A stretch of DNA of 32,000 bases, taken from Promethearchaeota archaeon (GTDB lineage: Archaea; Asgardarchaeota; Lokiarchaeia; Sigyniarchaeales; Promethearchaeaceae). The stretch covers positions 111,072-143,071 of the forward strand of contig JAFGBS010000027.1 of NCBI GenBank assembly GCA_016933055.1, given 5' to 3'. Under the pieces are notes generated by a model. The model was given only the letters and a program-made list of their open reading frames with translations. It was not told where the DNA came from and did no database searches. Made by a program: the position numbers and the translations under genes. Of this stretch, positions 1-9,161 are shown in pieces (within the stretch, counting starts at the first letter, position 1; each line of letters starts with the position of its first letter).

Positions 1-1161
1 GCAGAACAATGCTTTCTATATTCCTCAAAAGCCTTAGTTCATGAAACCAGATACTACGATGCGTTTGAATCACTACGTTCTGCTGCCCAAGCATGCATTC
101 AGCTTGAGGATTATCAAAAAGCAGTGGAATATTATGACGTCGCTGCAAAAAATGTGTTACGCTCCTCCCGAAAAGATGTGGAATCAAAATCGATTCTAGC
201 GGCATGTTTCGGTTTTCTTTGTCAATTTATTACGGGTCAGCATGAAAAAGGGTTGGGGTTCATCAAACGAATTAAAATGTATGTGGATATTAAAGAATTC
301 ACGGAACACAAACTTATTCGTTTGGTTAAGGGTATAACTCTTGCCATTGTAAATAAAGACTCAAAGGCACTAAATTTACTCAAAAAAGAATTTCAGCGTA
401 GTAAGTACGATCCGGCAGAGACTAAATTGATAAAAGATGCTTTTATCGTCGCAACCACTTATCTATTACTTGAAGCAACTATTAACTTGGAAAGAACAGA
501 AATCATTAATGAGGAAATGCTGAATTTCACTTTGGATATTAATTTAAAACCTCTTCACAATATGAGAACGGATTCTGTATTAAATTATGATTTTCAGAAA
601 GTGACAATTGAGGAGATGACTGTTCATTTAAGTGATAATCTCGCGTTAACGAAAAAACCCAATTTTCCGATTGAAATTTCAAAGGAAAATTACAATCTTC
701 ATTTTTCCGCACGATCGAATTTTCCAGGGGAGGGATCGGTAGGACCATTAAATTTTAAGTTGGATTTGGATGACAAATTTGAGTTAAATTTAAAAACAGA
801 CATGCAAAAAATGTTAGTGAAATCTCCACCGGCACAATTAGGTATCAATTTAACACCTTTAGTGAATCCAATTATTAATCAGACCTTTCCATTGGAAGTG
901 AGAGTATCTAATCCTAGCGAAGCGGATATAGTAAATATAACCGTAGAATTCGAATTTCCAATAAATTTACGACTTATGCGTGGAACTAGCTCAAAAAAAA
1001 TCTATCAACTCATCCGAAATGAAGATTTTAAATATCAAATTGCTCTTAAACCGCTAGAACCCGGAATACATAATATCAAAGCGATTGTATCATTTCAAGA
1101 CGCAGATGGAAATGAGATTGGACCAAACGAAAAGTTACTTCCATTGGAAATTAACCTATAG
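1..1161 (+). CDS. 5'-truncated protein: TPR/alpha-solenoid-like helical region followed by two Ig-like beta-sandwich domains
   Basis: Frame 1 is open from base 1 (AEQCFLYSSKALVHETRYYDAFESLRSAAQACIQLEDYQKAVEYY...), so the gene starts upstream of the window, not at 124. The N-terminal part has TPR-like Ala/Tyr periodicity. The C-terminal part has Ig/CARDB-like strands (PLEVRVSNPSEADIVNITVEFEFP...LKPLEPGIHNIKAIVSFQD). Confidence 0.65.
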   Translation, partial: AEQCFLYSSKALVHETRYYDAFESLRSAAQACIQLEDYQKAVEYYDVAAKNVLRSSRKDVESKSILAACFGFLCQFITGQHEKGLGFIKRIKMYVDIKEFTEHKLIRLVKGITLAIVNKDSKALNLLKKEFQRSKYDPAETKLIKDAFIVATTYLLLEATINLERTEIINEEMLNFTLDINLKPLHNMRTDSVLNYDFQKVTIEEMTVHLSDNLALTKKPNFPIEISKENYNLHFSARSNFPGEGSVGPLNFKLDLDDKFELNLKTDMQKMLVKSPPAQLGINLTPLVNPIINQTFPLEVRVSNPSEADIVNITVEFEFPINLRLMRGTSSKKIYQLIRNEDFKYQIALKPLEPGIHNIKAIVSFQDADGNEIGPNEKLLPLEINL

Positions 1162-1165
1162 TTTT

Positions 1166-1215
1166 CTATTCTAGATATATATTTAGATTCTTCTTTCTCA
1201 TTTTACCTAGAATAG
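1166..1215. repeat. Perfect 9-bp inverted repeat bracketing the spacer upstream of AMP phosphorylase
   Basis: CTATTCTAG (1166-1174) and CTAGAATAG (1207-1215), with a 32-nt AT-rich spacer; the right arm ends 2 nt before the ATG at 1218. Confidence 0.5.
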
Positions 1216-1217
1216 TT

Positions 1218-2753
1218 ATGATCTTTTCATGTAAAAGACTTGGACTCAGCAGTGATGCTCGTGTTATCATTATTGATGATGATGATGCATTTATCATTAA
1301 TGCGAAACCAGGTGATAGGGTAAAATTACTCCATATCAAACCAAATGGGGAGGAGGGTAAAGAAACCGTCGCAATAATAAATACAGCGACAGGTACAGGT
1401 GTCATTAAACCAGGGGAAGTTGGATTATATGATGAAATCTGGGAAACCTTACATTTATCTCCAAAGGATAGAAAAGTCGACATCCAATTACTCTCAAAAC
1501 CCAGGTCGTTCGAAGCAATCAAACGAAAAGTTAAGGGAAAGGAATTGACTACGGAGGAGATTCATGATATTATAAGCGATGCAACAGATGGAGCCCTCTT
1601 ACCTATTGAACTGGCAGCATTTGTGATAGGACTGGAAATCCAAGGTGCAAGTGATCGTGAAGTTGTGGACTTTGCAAATGCCATGGCCAGATCTGGAGAA
1701 ATTTTAGATCTGGGCGAAGATGTATTCGATAAACATTCAACAGGTGGTGTACCTGGAAATAAAGTTTCACTCATTATTGTACCGATAATTGCCGCAGCTG
1801 GTTTACTCATACCTAAAACTTCCACTCGAGCAATTACCTCTCCTTCAGGTACTGCAGATTCTATGGAAGTTCTAGCAAACGTCGCTTTTGGTAAAGATGA
1901 AGTTCTTAAAATCTTGAAAGAAAACAATGCGGGGATATTTTGGGGTAGTTCAGTAGGAACACTGGCTCCTGCGGATGACGCATTAATAAAAATAGAAAAA
2001 CCGCTCAATTCCGATCCATTTCCTCTGATGATCGCGTCCATTATTTCCAAAAAAATGTGTATGGGTGTTAAAAAAATGGTTTTAGACATCCCGTGTGGTA
2101 AAGGAACAAAATTTACTACGATTGATGATGGCCGCAAATTTGCGATACGTTTCAAAGATATCGCACAAAAAATTGGGATTGAAGCAATCTGTTTACTTAC
2201 ATCTGCCTCCCAACCGATAGGTCATGCGGTAGGTCCTGCAATAGAAGCACGAGAAGCCATGTATTTACTGCAAAATCCCGAAAAAGGCTCAACAAGCTTA
2301 AGAAACAAATCCACGGAACTTGCCGGATACTTATTAGAAATGGGAGGAAAAGCCCCCGAAGGAAAGGGTCAAGAACTCGCTATTGAAATTCTTAATTCTG
2401 GTAAAGCATTAAAGAAAATGCGGGGAATTATAAGTGCTCAAGGCGGGAATCCTGATGTTTCATGGGAAGAAATAAAAATAGGACCTCATGTTGCGGAAAT
2501 GAAAGCATCCAAATCTGGTTTTATTACAGAAATTGATAACTATCATATTAATCAAATCGCAAAAATTGCGGGATGTCCCGCAGCTAAGAAATCTGGGGTG
2601 GATGTGATTTTTAAAAGAGGTTCTCGTGTGAAAAAAGGTGATGTGATATTTAAAATCTACTCGGATAGTGAAGAACGCCTCAAGCAAGCAGTAAAATACT
2701 ACAATCAGCATCCTCCGCAACGGTTTAGCGGTATGACTATCGAGAAAATTTAA
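1218..2753 (+). CDS. deoA: AMP phosphorylase (archaeal thymidine phosphorylase family)
   Basis: DKHSTGGVPGNK and KTSTRAITSPSGTAD signature motifs, the N-terminal extension typical of archaeal AMP phosphorylases, and a length of 511 aa. Confidence 0.93.
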   Translation: MIFSCKRLGLSSDARVIIIDDDDAFIINAKPGDRVKLLHIKPNGEEGKETVAIINTATGTGVIKPGEVGLYDEIWETLHLSPKDRKVDIQLLSKPRSFEAIKRKVKGKELTTEEIHDIISDATDGALLPIELAAFVIGLEIQGASDREVVDFANAMARSGEILDLGEDVFDKHSTGGVPGNKVSLIIVPIIAAAGLLIPKTSTRAITSPSGTADSMEVLANVAFGKDEVLKILKENNAGIFWGSSVGTLAPADDALIKIEKPLNSDPFPLMIASIISKKMCMGVKKMVLDIPCGKGTKFTTIDDGRKFAIRFKDIAQKIGIEAICLLTSASQPIGHAVGPAIEAREAMYLLQNPEKGSTSLRNKSTELAGYLLEMGGKAPEGKGQELAIEILNSGKALKKMRGIISAQGGNPDVSWEEIKIGPHVAEMKASKSGFITEIDNYHINQIAKIAGCPAAKKSGVDVIFKRGSRVKKGDVIFKIYSDSEERLKQAVKYYNQHPPQRFSGMTIEKI

Positions 2754-4004
2754 TCAAAATTGTATTCTTTCTCTCATTTTTCTTAAAAACCATTCAACAC
2801 TATATCTATAATCAATTTTTCTCCAAAAATAGAGAATGACGTACCAAATGAAACTAGTTAAGAGTAGGAAGCCCGTCCATATAAAGAACTCCTCGGAAAT
2901 AGGTTTAAAATATAGGTTTTGTAGAATTCGAAATAAAATTATTGAGGCAAAAGACTCGAAAATATAGATTGTGAGTGATGTCGAGCTAAACATCTGAAAA
3001 AACCGTACAATTCCTGGATTTCTGTCTTGCCCCTTATTCTGGTAGTTTTTAAAGATCAAATAAAATATTGCAATAAATAGAATTTGTGAACCTAAATTAA
3101 GTAGATGGAGTGGTAATGGCACATAGGTACTCGTGTATCCGGCCATCATATCAAAACCGAGGAACAAAATAATTATATATGCAACTATACACGAAATCCC
3201 AACTAAAAATAAAATTAAAAATGCAGATCTTTCAAAACCGTCTTTATTAAGATTATACCCGATGAAAGCTCCACAAAAACCGAAGACAATAAGTGGAAAT
3301 AAGCTAAATCTATTATGAGTTAATTTCAACAGAAAAATTAGCAGAAAAAGTTGATTATTATCATATAAATTATTAAAAAATTGGTTGGGATTTTCAATCC
3401 AAATATCCAAAAAAACGGAAACTGCTATGGTAACTAGCAAAGCAATTCCAAAACACCCATAAAATCTACTTTTTTGTTTCTCTTTCCTCTGATATACAAA
3501 ATATCCAAGCAACGAAAGAAAAATAATAATTACCCCTATTGATTCTAACATTCCTGTTGTCGAATAATGCATTATGTTTAGAGATGAAAATTTCCACTGT
3601 TCTAACGTACCAGTCAATAAAGAATACGTTGCTTCTCCAGGATGTTCAGTACTCTTTGGTGATAAAAAACTTAACCAGATATAATGAATGATTATTAAGA
3701 GAAAACCCGATATTCCACGTTGTAAAAAATATCGACCAGCTCGAAAATCTTTCCTAGATAAATAGTCCTGTTGGGTTCGAAACACAAACACAATTCCCGA
3801 AAGAACGCAAAAAAAACTCCCCCACAGTGAGAAAAACACAAAAGGTGTGGCTATAATTCGTACTATTATCGGACTTGTGGTCATAATTTCTTCAAATAAG
3901 GGTTTGTATTGATTTACCACCCGATATAAAAATGCATGAAGAATTATCATATATAGGATTGCTAGACCGCGAGAAAAATCGATGAATACTAATCTTTTTC
4001 CCAT
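2754..4004 (-). CDS. Multi-pass membrane protein, DUF1624/DUF418 (HGSNAT/acyltransferase-like)
   Basis: N-terminal RLVFIDFSRGLAILYMIILH motif, about 10 hydrophobic segments and a C-terminal SLTIYIFE...YSVEWFLRK motif. ATG at 4004 is preferred over GTG at 4013. The stop codon abuts the deoA stop with no gap. Confidence 0.7.
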   Translation of the reverse strand: MGKRLVFIDFSRGLAILYMIILHAFLYRVVNQYKPLFEEIMTTSPIIVRIIATPFVFFSLWGSFFCVLSGIVFVFRTQQDYLSRKDFRAGRYFLQRGISGFLLIIIHYIWLSFLSPKSTEHPGEATYSLLTGTLEQWKFSSLNIMHYSTTGMLESIGVIIIFLSLLGYFVYQRKEKQKSRFYGCFGIALLVTIAVSVFLDIWIENPNQFFNNLYDNNQLFLLIFLLKLTHNRFSLFPLIVFGFCGAFIGYNLNKDGFERSAFLILFLVGISCIVAYIIILFLGFDMMAGYTSTYVPLPLHLLNLGSQILFIAIFYLIFKNYQNKGQDRNPGIVRFFQMFSSTSLTIYIFESFASIILFRILQNLYFKPISEEFFIWTGFLLLTSFIWYVILYFWRKIDYRYSVEWFLRKMRERIQF

Positions 4005-4016
4005 GATTTCCACGGT

Positions 4017-5843
4017 TTATATTGAATTTTCTGTACTCATTTGTAATTCATATAGATCCACTATTTCATCAACCTTTGAGCAATCATAAATGTCCTTTTC
4101 ATCTCGCACCCGTTGGAAAACGGGAAATCTAACAGAATAACCGGAGTCATGCACCTGTCCATTATAAAATTTTCCTACGTCCGCTTTTTGGCTAATGGTT
4201 AATTCATCTCCAGCAATCTCGATCACAATACTAGGTTTAAACCAAATATCGGGATTTTCTGTATTGCAAACCACATTTTCAGGGCGGGTCACTGTTTTAA
4301 TAAATTGGAATGCATTCCAAAAGTATTCAATATCCTCATCACTAAATCCTGTCGCAACTCGGGTGAGAAATTCAAATTTCTCATTTTCTTCATTAAATAC
4401 TGCAACCAAAAGCGTTCCAAATCGATTAGCACGCCTTCCCTTCCCCATAAGTGCACCAATCGGAACTACATCAATAGTATCTTTCATTTTTCCCGCTTCA
4501 AGGGATTTTAATTTTATCCACAAAAATCCCCGATTACCTGCTTTGTATACAGATTCAGATGGATCGATAGATTTATTCATAGTGCCTTCACAATTCTTTG
4601 CTCTAGCTTCTTTGAAGAAATCTACTAATTGTTCGGTGGTATTTATGGTGGTTTGAGATACTAAACGAATATTTTTAGTTTCTCTTGTAATTTTTTCTAA
4701 TAATGAACGACGTTCTAGCATAGATTTATCCATTACAACAATTCGTTTTCTATCATCTTCGAGATATAGGAGATCAAATAGAAATAGACAAACGGGAACT
4801 TTTTCGATGAACTGTTTAACGTCATATTTACGTCTTCGAGTGCTTAAAACTTGGAAGGGTAATAAATTTTCGTATAAAGGGTCCATAGCCACTGTCTCAC
4901 CTTCTAAAATGGCATTTTCCGCCTGAATATTTTCTAGAATTGCTTGCTGGATATCAGGATACTGTTCGGAAATGTTTTTTAATCTCCTAGAAAATAAAGC
5001 AACTGAACGCCCTTTTTTATGGATTTGTAAGCGTTCTCCATCTAATTTATATTCACTTACACATTTTCCTCCTAGCTTATCCAGAATTTGAGTATATTCT
5101 AATCGGGAAGCTAGCATCATTCGAATTGGTAATCCTACTTGAATATGAATAGATTCTAGACCTGATAAACCATTTTCCCGGATGATCTGTCCAATATATC
5201 CGAGATCGGGGTAAATATTATAAGTTTTTTCAATTATTTCTCGGTATTTCTTATCTTGGAGAAATGCAACAGCGAGAGCATCCATAATAGTAGCATCAGA
5301 AACTCCAACGCGCATAGATGAATTGAGAATACGTATAAGGTATTTTGCCATACTAGGGGAACATCTGGCGAGTAACCAGCGAATTTTGTCATATTTACGA
5401 CCTAACGACTTTGTCCCGCTAACTGCTGCTATTTCTGTTAATTTTTCGTAGATGTCTTTAATAGAAAGAGTTTCGTGTTGAATTCCCATGAATGCAGTAA
5501 TTTGCCCTTGCTTCGTTTTCCCTCCCGCAAGGCTAGCTGCAGTTTCTCCCAAATCACCGGTTTTTACCATTAATGATTTCACTAGAGATGCATCTGCGGC
5601 ATAATGGGAAGAAATTGCCTCTAATAATGTTTTTTCTGCTAACCCAAGTTTAGGTTGTTCAGATATTTCTGAATATAATGTTCCTTGTGTGAGATAAATT
5701 ATTTTTTCGAGATCACCTTTATCTAAAGTTTCGGGATTATCACGTATGGAGATAAACAGTTCTGAAAGAATATCCAAGATTTCCAATCGTTTGGATGTGG
5801 ATGAAATTCTCTCGTAATATTGCACAAGGGTTTGAAATTCCAT
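4017..5843 (-). CDS. lig: ATP-dependent DNA ligase (archaeal/eukaryotic ligase I type)
   Basis: Motif I EYKLDGERLQIH, III LEGETV, IIIa LFDLLY, IV EGTMNK, V WIKLK and VI RFPVFQRVRDEK. Confidence 0.97.
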   Translation of the reverse strand: MEFQTLVQYYERISSTSKRLEILDILSELFISIRDNPETLDKGDLEKIIYLTQGTLYSEISEQPKLGLAEKTLLEAISSHYAADASLVKSLMVKTGDLGETAASLAGGKTKQGQITAFMGIQHETLSIKDIYEKLTEIAAVSGTKSLGRKYDKIRWLLARCSPSMAKYLIRILNSSMRVGVSDATIMDALAVAFLQDKKYREIIEKTYNIYPDLGYIGQIIRENGLSGLESIHIQVGLPIRMMLASRLEYTQILDKLGGKCVSEYKLDGERLQIHKKGRSVALFSRRLKNISEQYPDIQQAILENIQAENAILEGETVAMDPLYENLLPFQVLSTRRRKYDVKQFIEKVPVCLFLFDLLYLEDDRKRIVVMDKSMLERRSLLEKITRETKNIRLVSQTTINTTEQLVDFFKEARAKNCEGTMNKSIDPSESVYKAGNRGFLWIKLKSLEAGKMKDTIDVVPIGALMGKGRRANRFGTLLVAVFNEENEKFEFLTRVATGFSDEDIEYFWNAFQFIKTVTRPENVVCNTENPDIWFKPSIVIEIAGDELTISQKADVGKFYNGQVHDSGYSVRFPVFQRVRDEKDIYDCSKVDEIVDLYELQMSTENSI

Positions 5844-5901
5844 AAAATATTCACAGATGGGGAAGTATAAAAAAGATAATTAATTAACTGGTATGAATTT
5901 C

Positions 5902-6852
5902 TTATTTTTTTAATGCATCTATAAGGGTATAGAATGTAGTTTGGATATTACTTTTTATTGTTGGATCGATATCATTGAAAGATCCCTCGTGAAATTTTAC
6001 TTTTCCCTCCTCAATATGGAATTTAGCTATCGGACCATCCATATATTCAATACTGACGGTTTTTTCATCAAGACGCGATACCCAAATATCTTTAAAGTGA
6101 GAAAGTATAGCCATAACCACGCATCCTTTTTGCACCGATTCCATCGGGTCCTTAATTATGAAAAGTGGTGCAGGTTCAGGAACTGCATCATCATCTGCAT
6201 ACTCTGAAGCAATTATTGGGGGTTCTTCTACCGTTAATTCTTGTTCTTCTTTAGTTTCAAGAGGATCAGTCTTAGGGATTGGTGTAGGATCTATGAAAGG
6301 AACACTGACAGGGGGTTCAGGGAAGGATTCAGGTTCTGATGTAACTTCGTGTGCTGATGCTCCTTGTGAGGAAGCAGAAATTTGTGTCGCAGTAGATTTC
6401 GGTTCAACAATAGGCACTTCAATAGGTTGTGCTTGTTCAAAATGTTCCTCTATCGGAAGAGGTTCACTGGGACCTCCGAATGTGATGACAAATCCTCCTG
6501 CATCAGTCACTGATCGGGACAGTAATTCCATAAATTTATTATTCAATTCATCGGTTTCAGAGTCTCTCCCAATTTTTCGCTCATCTATCTCATAAATAGT
6601 ATCTAATCCCCTGCCCACAATCGATTTGCCAATAGTATATCCATGCCCCTTTAAACTCTGAGCTTGACGAAGTGCAGTTCTTTTGCTCACTAATCCCCGC
6701 TTTGCTCCGAACCAGAGCCAAACTGCCATATTCTCCTCATCTAAAACCATTACAATATTTTCTGATTTCAGATTTCCTTTACTCCATTCGACGGGACTAC
6801 TAACGCCACCATCTTCCACTAAAAACATAAGTGCGAACGTTCTACTTGTCAT
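5902..6852 (-). CDS. Single gelsolin/villin-like domain protein with a Pro/Glu-rich linker and an unknown C-terminal domain
   Basis: LKSENIVMVLDEENMAVWLWFGAKRGLVSKRTALRQAQSL fits the gelsolin repeat core. Start moved to ATG 6852 (MTSRTF) because the ORF-track start at 6945 overlaps the upstream gene. Confidence 0.7.
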   Translation of the reverse strand: MTSRTFALMFLVEDGGVSSPVEWSKGNLKSENIVMVLDEENMAVWLWFGAKRGLVSKRTALRQAQSLKGHGYTIGKSIVGRGLDTIYEIDERKIGRDSETDELNNKFMELLSRSVTDAGGFVITFGGPSEPLPIEEHFEQAQPIEVPIVEPKSTATQISASSQGASAHEVTSEPESFPEPPVSVPFIDPTPIPKTDPLETKEEQELTVEEPPIIASEYADDDAVPEPAPLFIIKDPMESVQKGCVVMAILSHFKDIWVSRLDEKTVSIEYMDGPIAKFHIEEGKVKFHEGSFNDIDPTIKSNIQTTFYTLIDALKK

Positions 6853-6886
6853 TATAGGGAAAAAAAGATCGTGAAAACCTAAATTA

Positions 6887-7435
6887 TTACTGATCAAATG
6901 GCATGTACGCAATAAGAGAATAAATTTTGAAACTAAGAAACTCAAGAAATTCGCTAGGAATATCTAACTGTTTAATCAATTCTAAACACACATTCGCAAA
7001 ATCCACCACACTACCGCAAAAGCGGGAAAATCGGGTTCTAACAGATAAAGGTTCGAAATCTTCGAATTTAATCTGGATATCTAAGACATCATCATTCAGT
7101 TTAGAAAATATCCATATCGATTCCTTTTTAAAACCAATTTGATTAAATAAATCTAATCTTCTCATCGATTTTCCAATCTCTAAATTGTATAGATCTTGGA
7201 CAACATCAATTATCCGATCAATAAAGTCGATCACATCAACTTTTCGCACAATGTAGCTTTCCAGTGTTGATTTTCTTATCGTTTTGGATACGTCCTCAAA
7301 AAAAACAAACTCAATAATCAAATCACTAATAAAAAGTTGCTCTAGATCCTCGATTTCACTCGCTGAATGATACTTAGGAATCGAGTTAAAATTGAAGTTT
7401 ACACGGGTATAGTAATCCTGATAGCTTTTAGTCAT
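6887..7435 (-). CDS. Hypothetical protein (182 aa)
   Basis: Long ORF with globular-protein composition, 34 nt upstream of the gelsolin-like gene on the same strand. No motif recognised. Confidence 0.6.
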   Translation of the reverse strand: MTKSYQDYYTRVNFNFNSIPKYHSASEIEDLEQLFISDLIIEFVFFEDVSKTIRKSTLESYIVRKVDVIDFIDRIIDVVQDLYNLEIGKSMRRLDLFNQIGFKKESIWIFSKLNDDVLDIQIKFEDFEPLSVRTRFSRFCGSVVDFANVCLELIKQLDIPSEFLEFLSFKIYSLIAYMPFDQ

Positions 7436-7680
7436 AAGGGATCTGATCTCAGTGTTCTCTAAAGCAGTGGATAATTAAAATAAAGAATGTTGATCTCAAC
7501 CTAAACATGTTTGGTTGATGAATTGGATGATTGGGAGAATTCCAAAGTTTATTTATAACAGAAATTATATCATCTGGATATATTATCTGGATATACATTG
7601 TTAGAAAATTATGCGCATGCAATTCAATAGGGTCGTAAAAGATAGATCGATTTTTATGTTCCAATAATTGTATATGTTGT

Positions 7681-9066
7681 ATGGGTGATCTCATTCAAAA
7701 TAATATATTTATAGTCATTCCCTCATGGCAGAAACTCCTTGATTATCCGACTCTAGGATGTTATATTGACCATAATCAAATTGTCTCGAACATTTTATCC
7801 GACCCAATTATTTTTTTTGGAGGTCTAGAAGCCACTAAGAAGGTGGAAGATCAATTTCTACACTTTATCTTTGGAGTTGGTTATTATTATGTGAAATTCG
7901 AATTAGAAGATGGAGGTCGATACATATTAGACAATAGATTAATATCAGGATTAATTTTATCTGATTTTGTTTATGATAAATTAGTGACGGCTAAATCAAC
8001 GGCATTTCAAAATTCACATGATCTTATAGCTAATGAGTACATCTTCAAAGTTCCCATCAATTTGGCAGACAAAACAAATACACAACGAACCTTTATTGAT
8101 GGTACTTTAATGCGTCAAATATTCATCCCCTATAAAGAAGTAATTATGGAGATGATGAAAAAGGTGCAATCCGATGAAAAATTCCCTGTCCATTCTGTTT
8201 TATGTGCGACTTATGATAAGTTTGACCAAATCTTACTGGGAGTTCGCTTAAATCCTGTATCCATGAAAGACTATCTTAAACCAATTCCAGGGATTTTACA
8301 TATTGATTATGGGGCTGAACAACTACTTCACCAAGCGTTCACTAACGAAGATATTGGAATGATTCTGAAGATCGTGCAAAATCTCAAAAAAACCTATTCG
8401 ACTCTTGCATTCAATCCAATCCAATTAAATACGTTATTAGAAAATGCATCATTTGCCTTGGAATCGAATTTTCCCAACCCCCGTATACCCCCGGAAAGAC
8501 CAGCTCAGAGATTAAAAGCATCAATCTTGTTTACTGCATCAGAAAATGAAAGAATTACGGAATGGCCGAAAAACATTCCGTCATTGGAAAATTATAAACT
8601 GGGAATAGATATAAAAAGCGTTGAAAATATCGCTTCGAGGATATCAGAAAAACCATATGATGGTCCTCAATTTAAAGAAGTGGATACTAACGATTATCAA
8701 CTTGGGGGAATGAACTCTGAGGAAGAATTTAAGTTAAGAGAACTATCACATAAAAGAGTTCCATCCAAACCATTACCATCGATACCAACAAGTAATATTA
8801 TCGAAATTTTAGAAGTCTTCCGAACAATGATAGAGGAGGATTATAGTATTATCGATATTGGAAAATGCCTTGAAATTGCAAGGGACAATATCCGGAAAAT
8901 AACACTTCATACGGAATTTATGTTCGAAATGGGAAAATGGGCTAATATTTACTCTAAGCATGAGCCTAATATCGCATTCAACAAAAAGGAAAAATCTCGA
9001 TTCCTTGAAATCGTCAACGAATGGATAAAAATAGCTAAGATATCAAACTATCCAAAAATCGAGTGA
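7681..9066 (+). CDS. Hypothetical protein (461 aa) with a C-terminal helical module
   Basis: Long ORF with an N-terminal alpha/beta region, a Pro-rich linker (PNPRIPPERP, PSKPLPSIP) and a C-terminal amphipathic helical segment. No family recognised. Confidence 0.7.
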   Translation: MGDLIQNNIFIVIPSWQKLLDYPTLGCYIDHNQIVSNILSDPIIFFGGLEATKKVEDQFLHFIFGVGYYYVKFELEDGGRYILDNRLISGLILSDFVYDKLVTAKSTAFQNSHDLIANEYIFKVPINLADKTNTQRTFIDGTLMRQIFIPYKEVIMEMMKKVQSDEKFPVHSVLCATYDKFDQILLGVRLNPVSMKDYLKPIPGILHIDYGAEQLLHQAFTNEDIGMILKIVQNLKKTYSTLAFNPIQLNTLLENASFALESNFPNPRIPPERPAQRLKASILFTASENERITEWPKNIPSLENYKLGIDIKSVENIASRISEKPYDGPQFKEVDTNDYQLGGMNSEEEFKLRELSHKRVPSKPLPSIPTSNIIEILEVFRTMIEEDYSIIDIGKCLEIARDNIRKITLHTEFMFEMGKWANIYSKHEPNIAFNKKEKSRFLEIVNEWIKIAKISNYPKIE

Positions 9067-9161
9067 TTTTTGTTTATACTACTACTAAATTCTCCTTGTA
9101 AATCTATGTGGGGAACATTCATTAGGTAGTCTTCAGTGTTTAACATAGGGGATATCAGAAG

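Noticed and set aside
7441-7594. CTGAGA and ATCTGGATA words resembling a TPP riboswitch
   Set aside because: The elements are on different strands and in the wrong order, and no thiamine gene is adjacent.
7449-7694. 81-aa minus-strand ORF
   Set aside because: It occupies the divergent promoter region, overlaps the 7681 start and has no protein-like motif.
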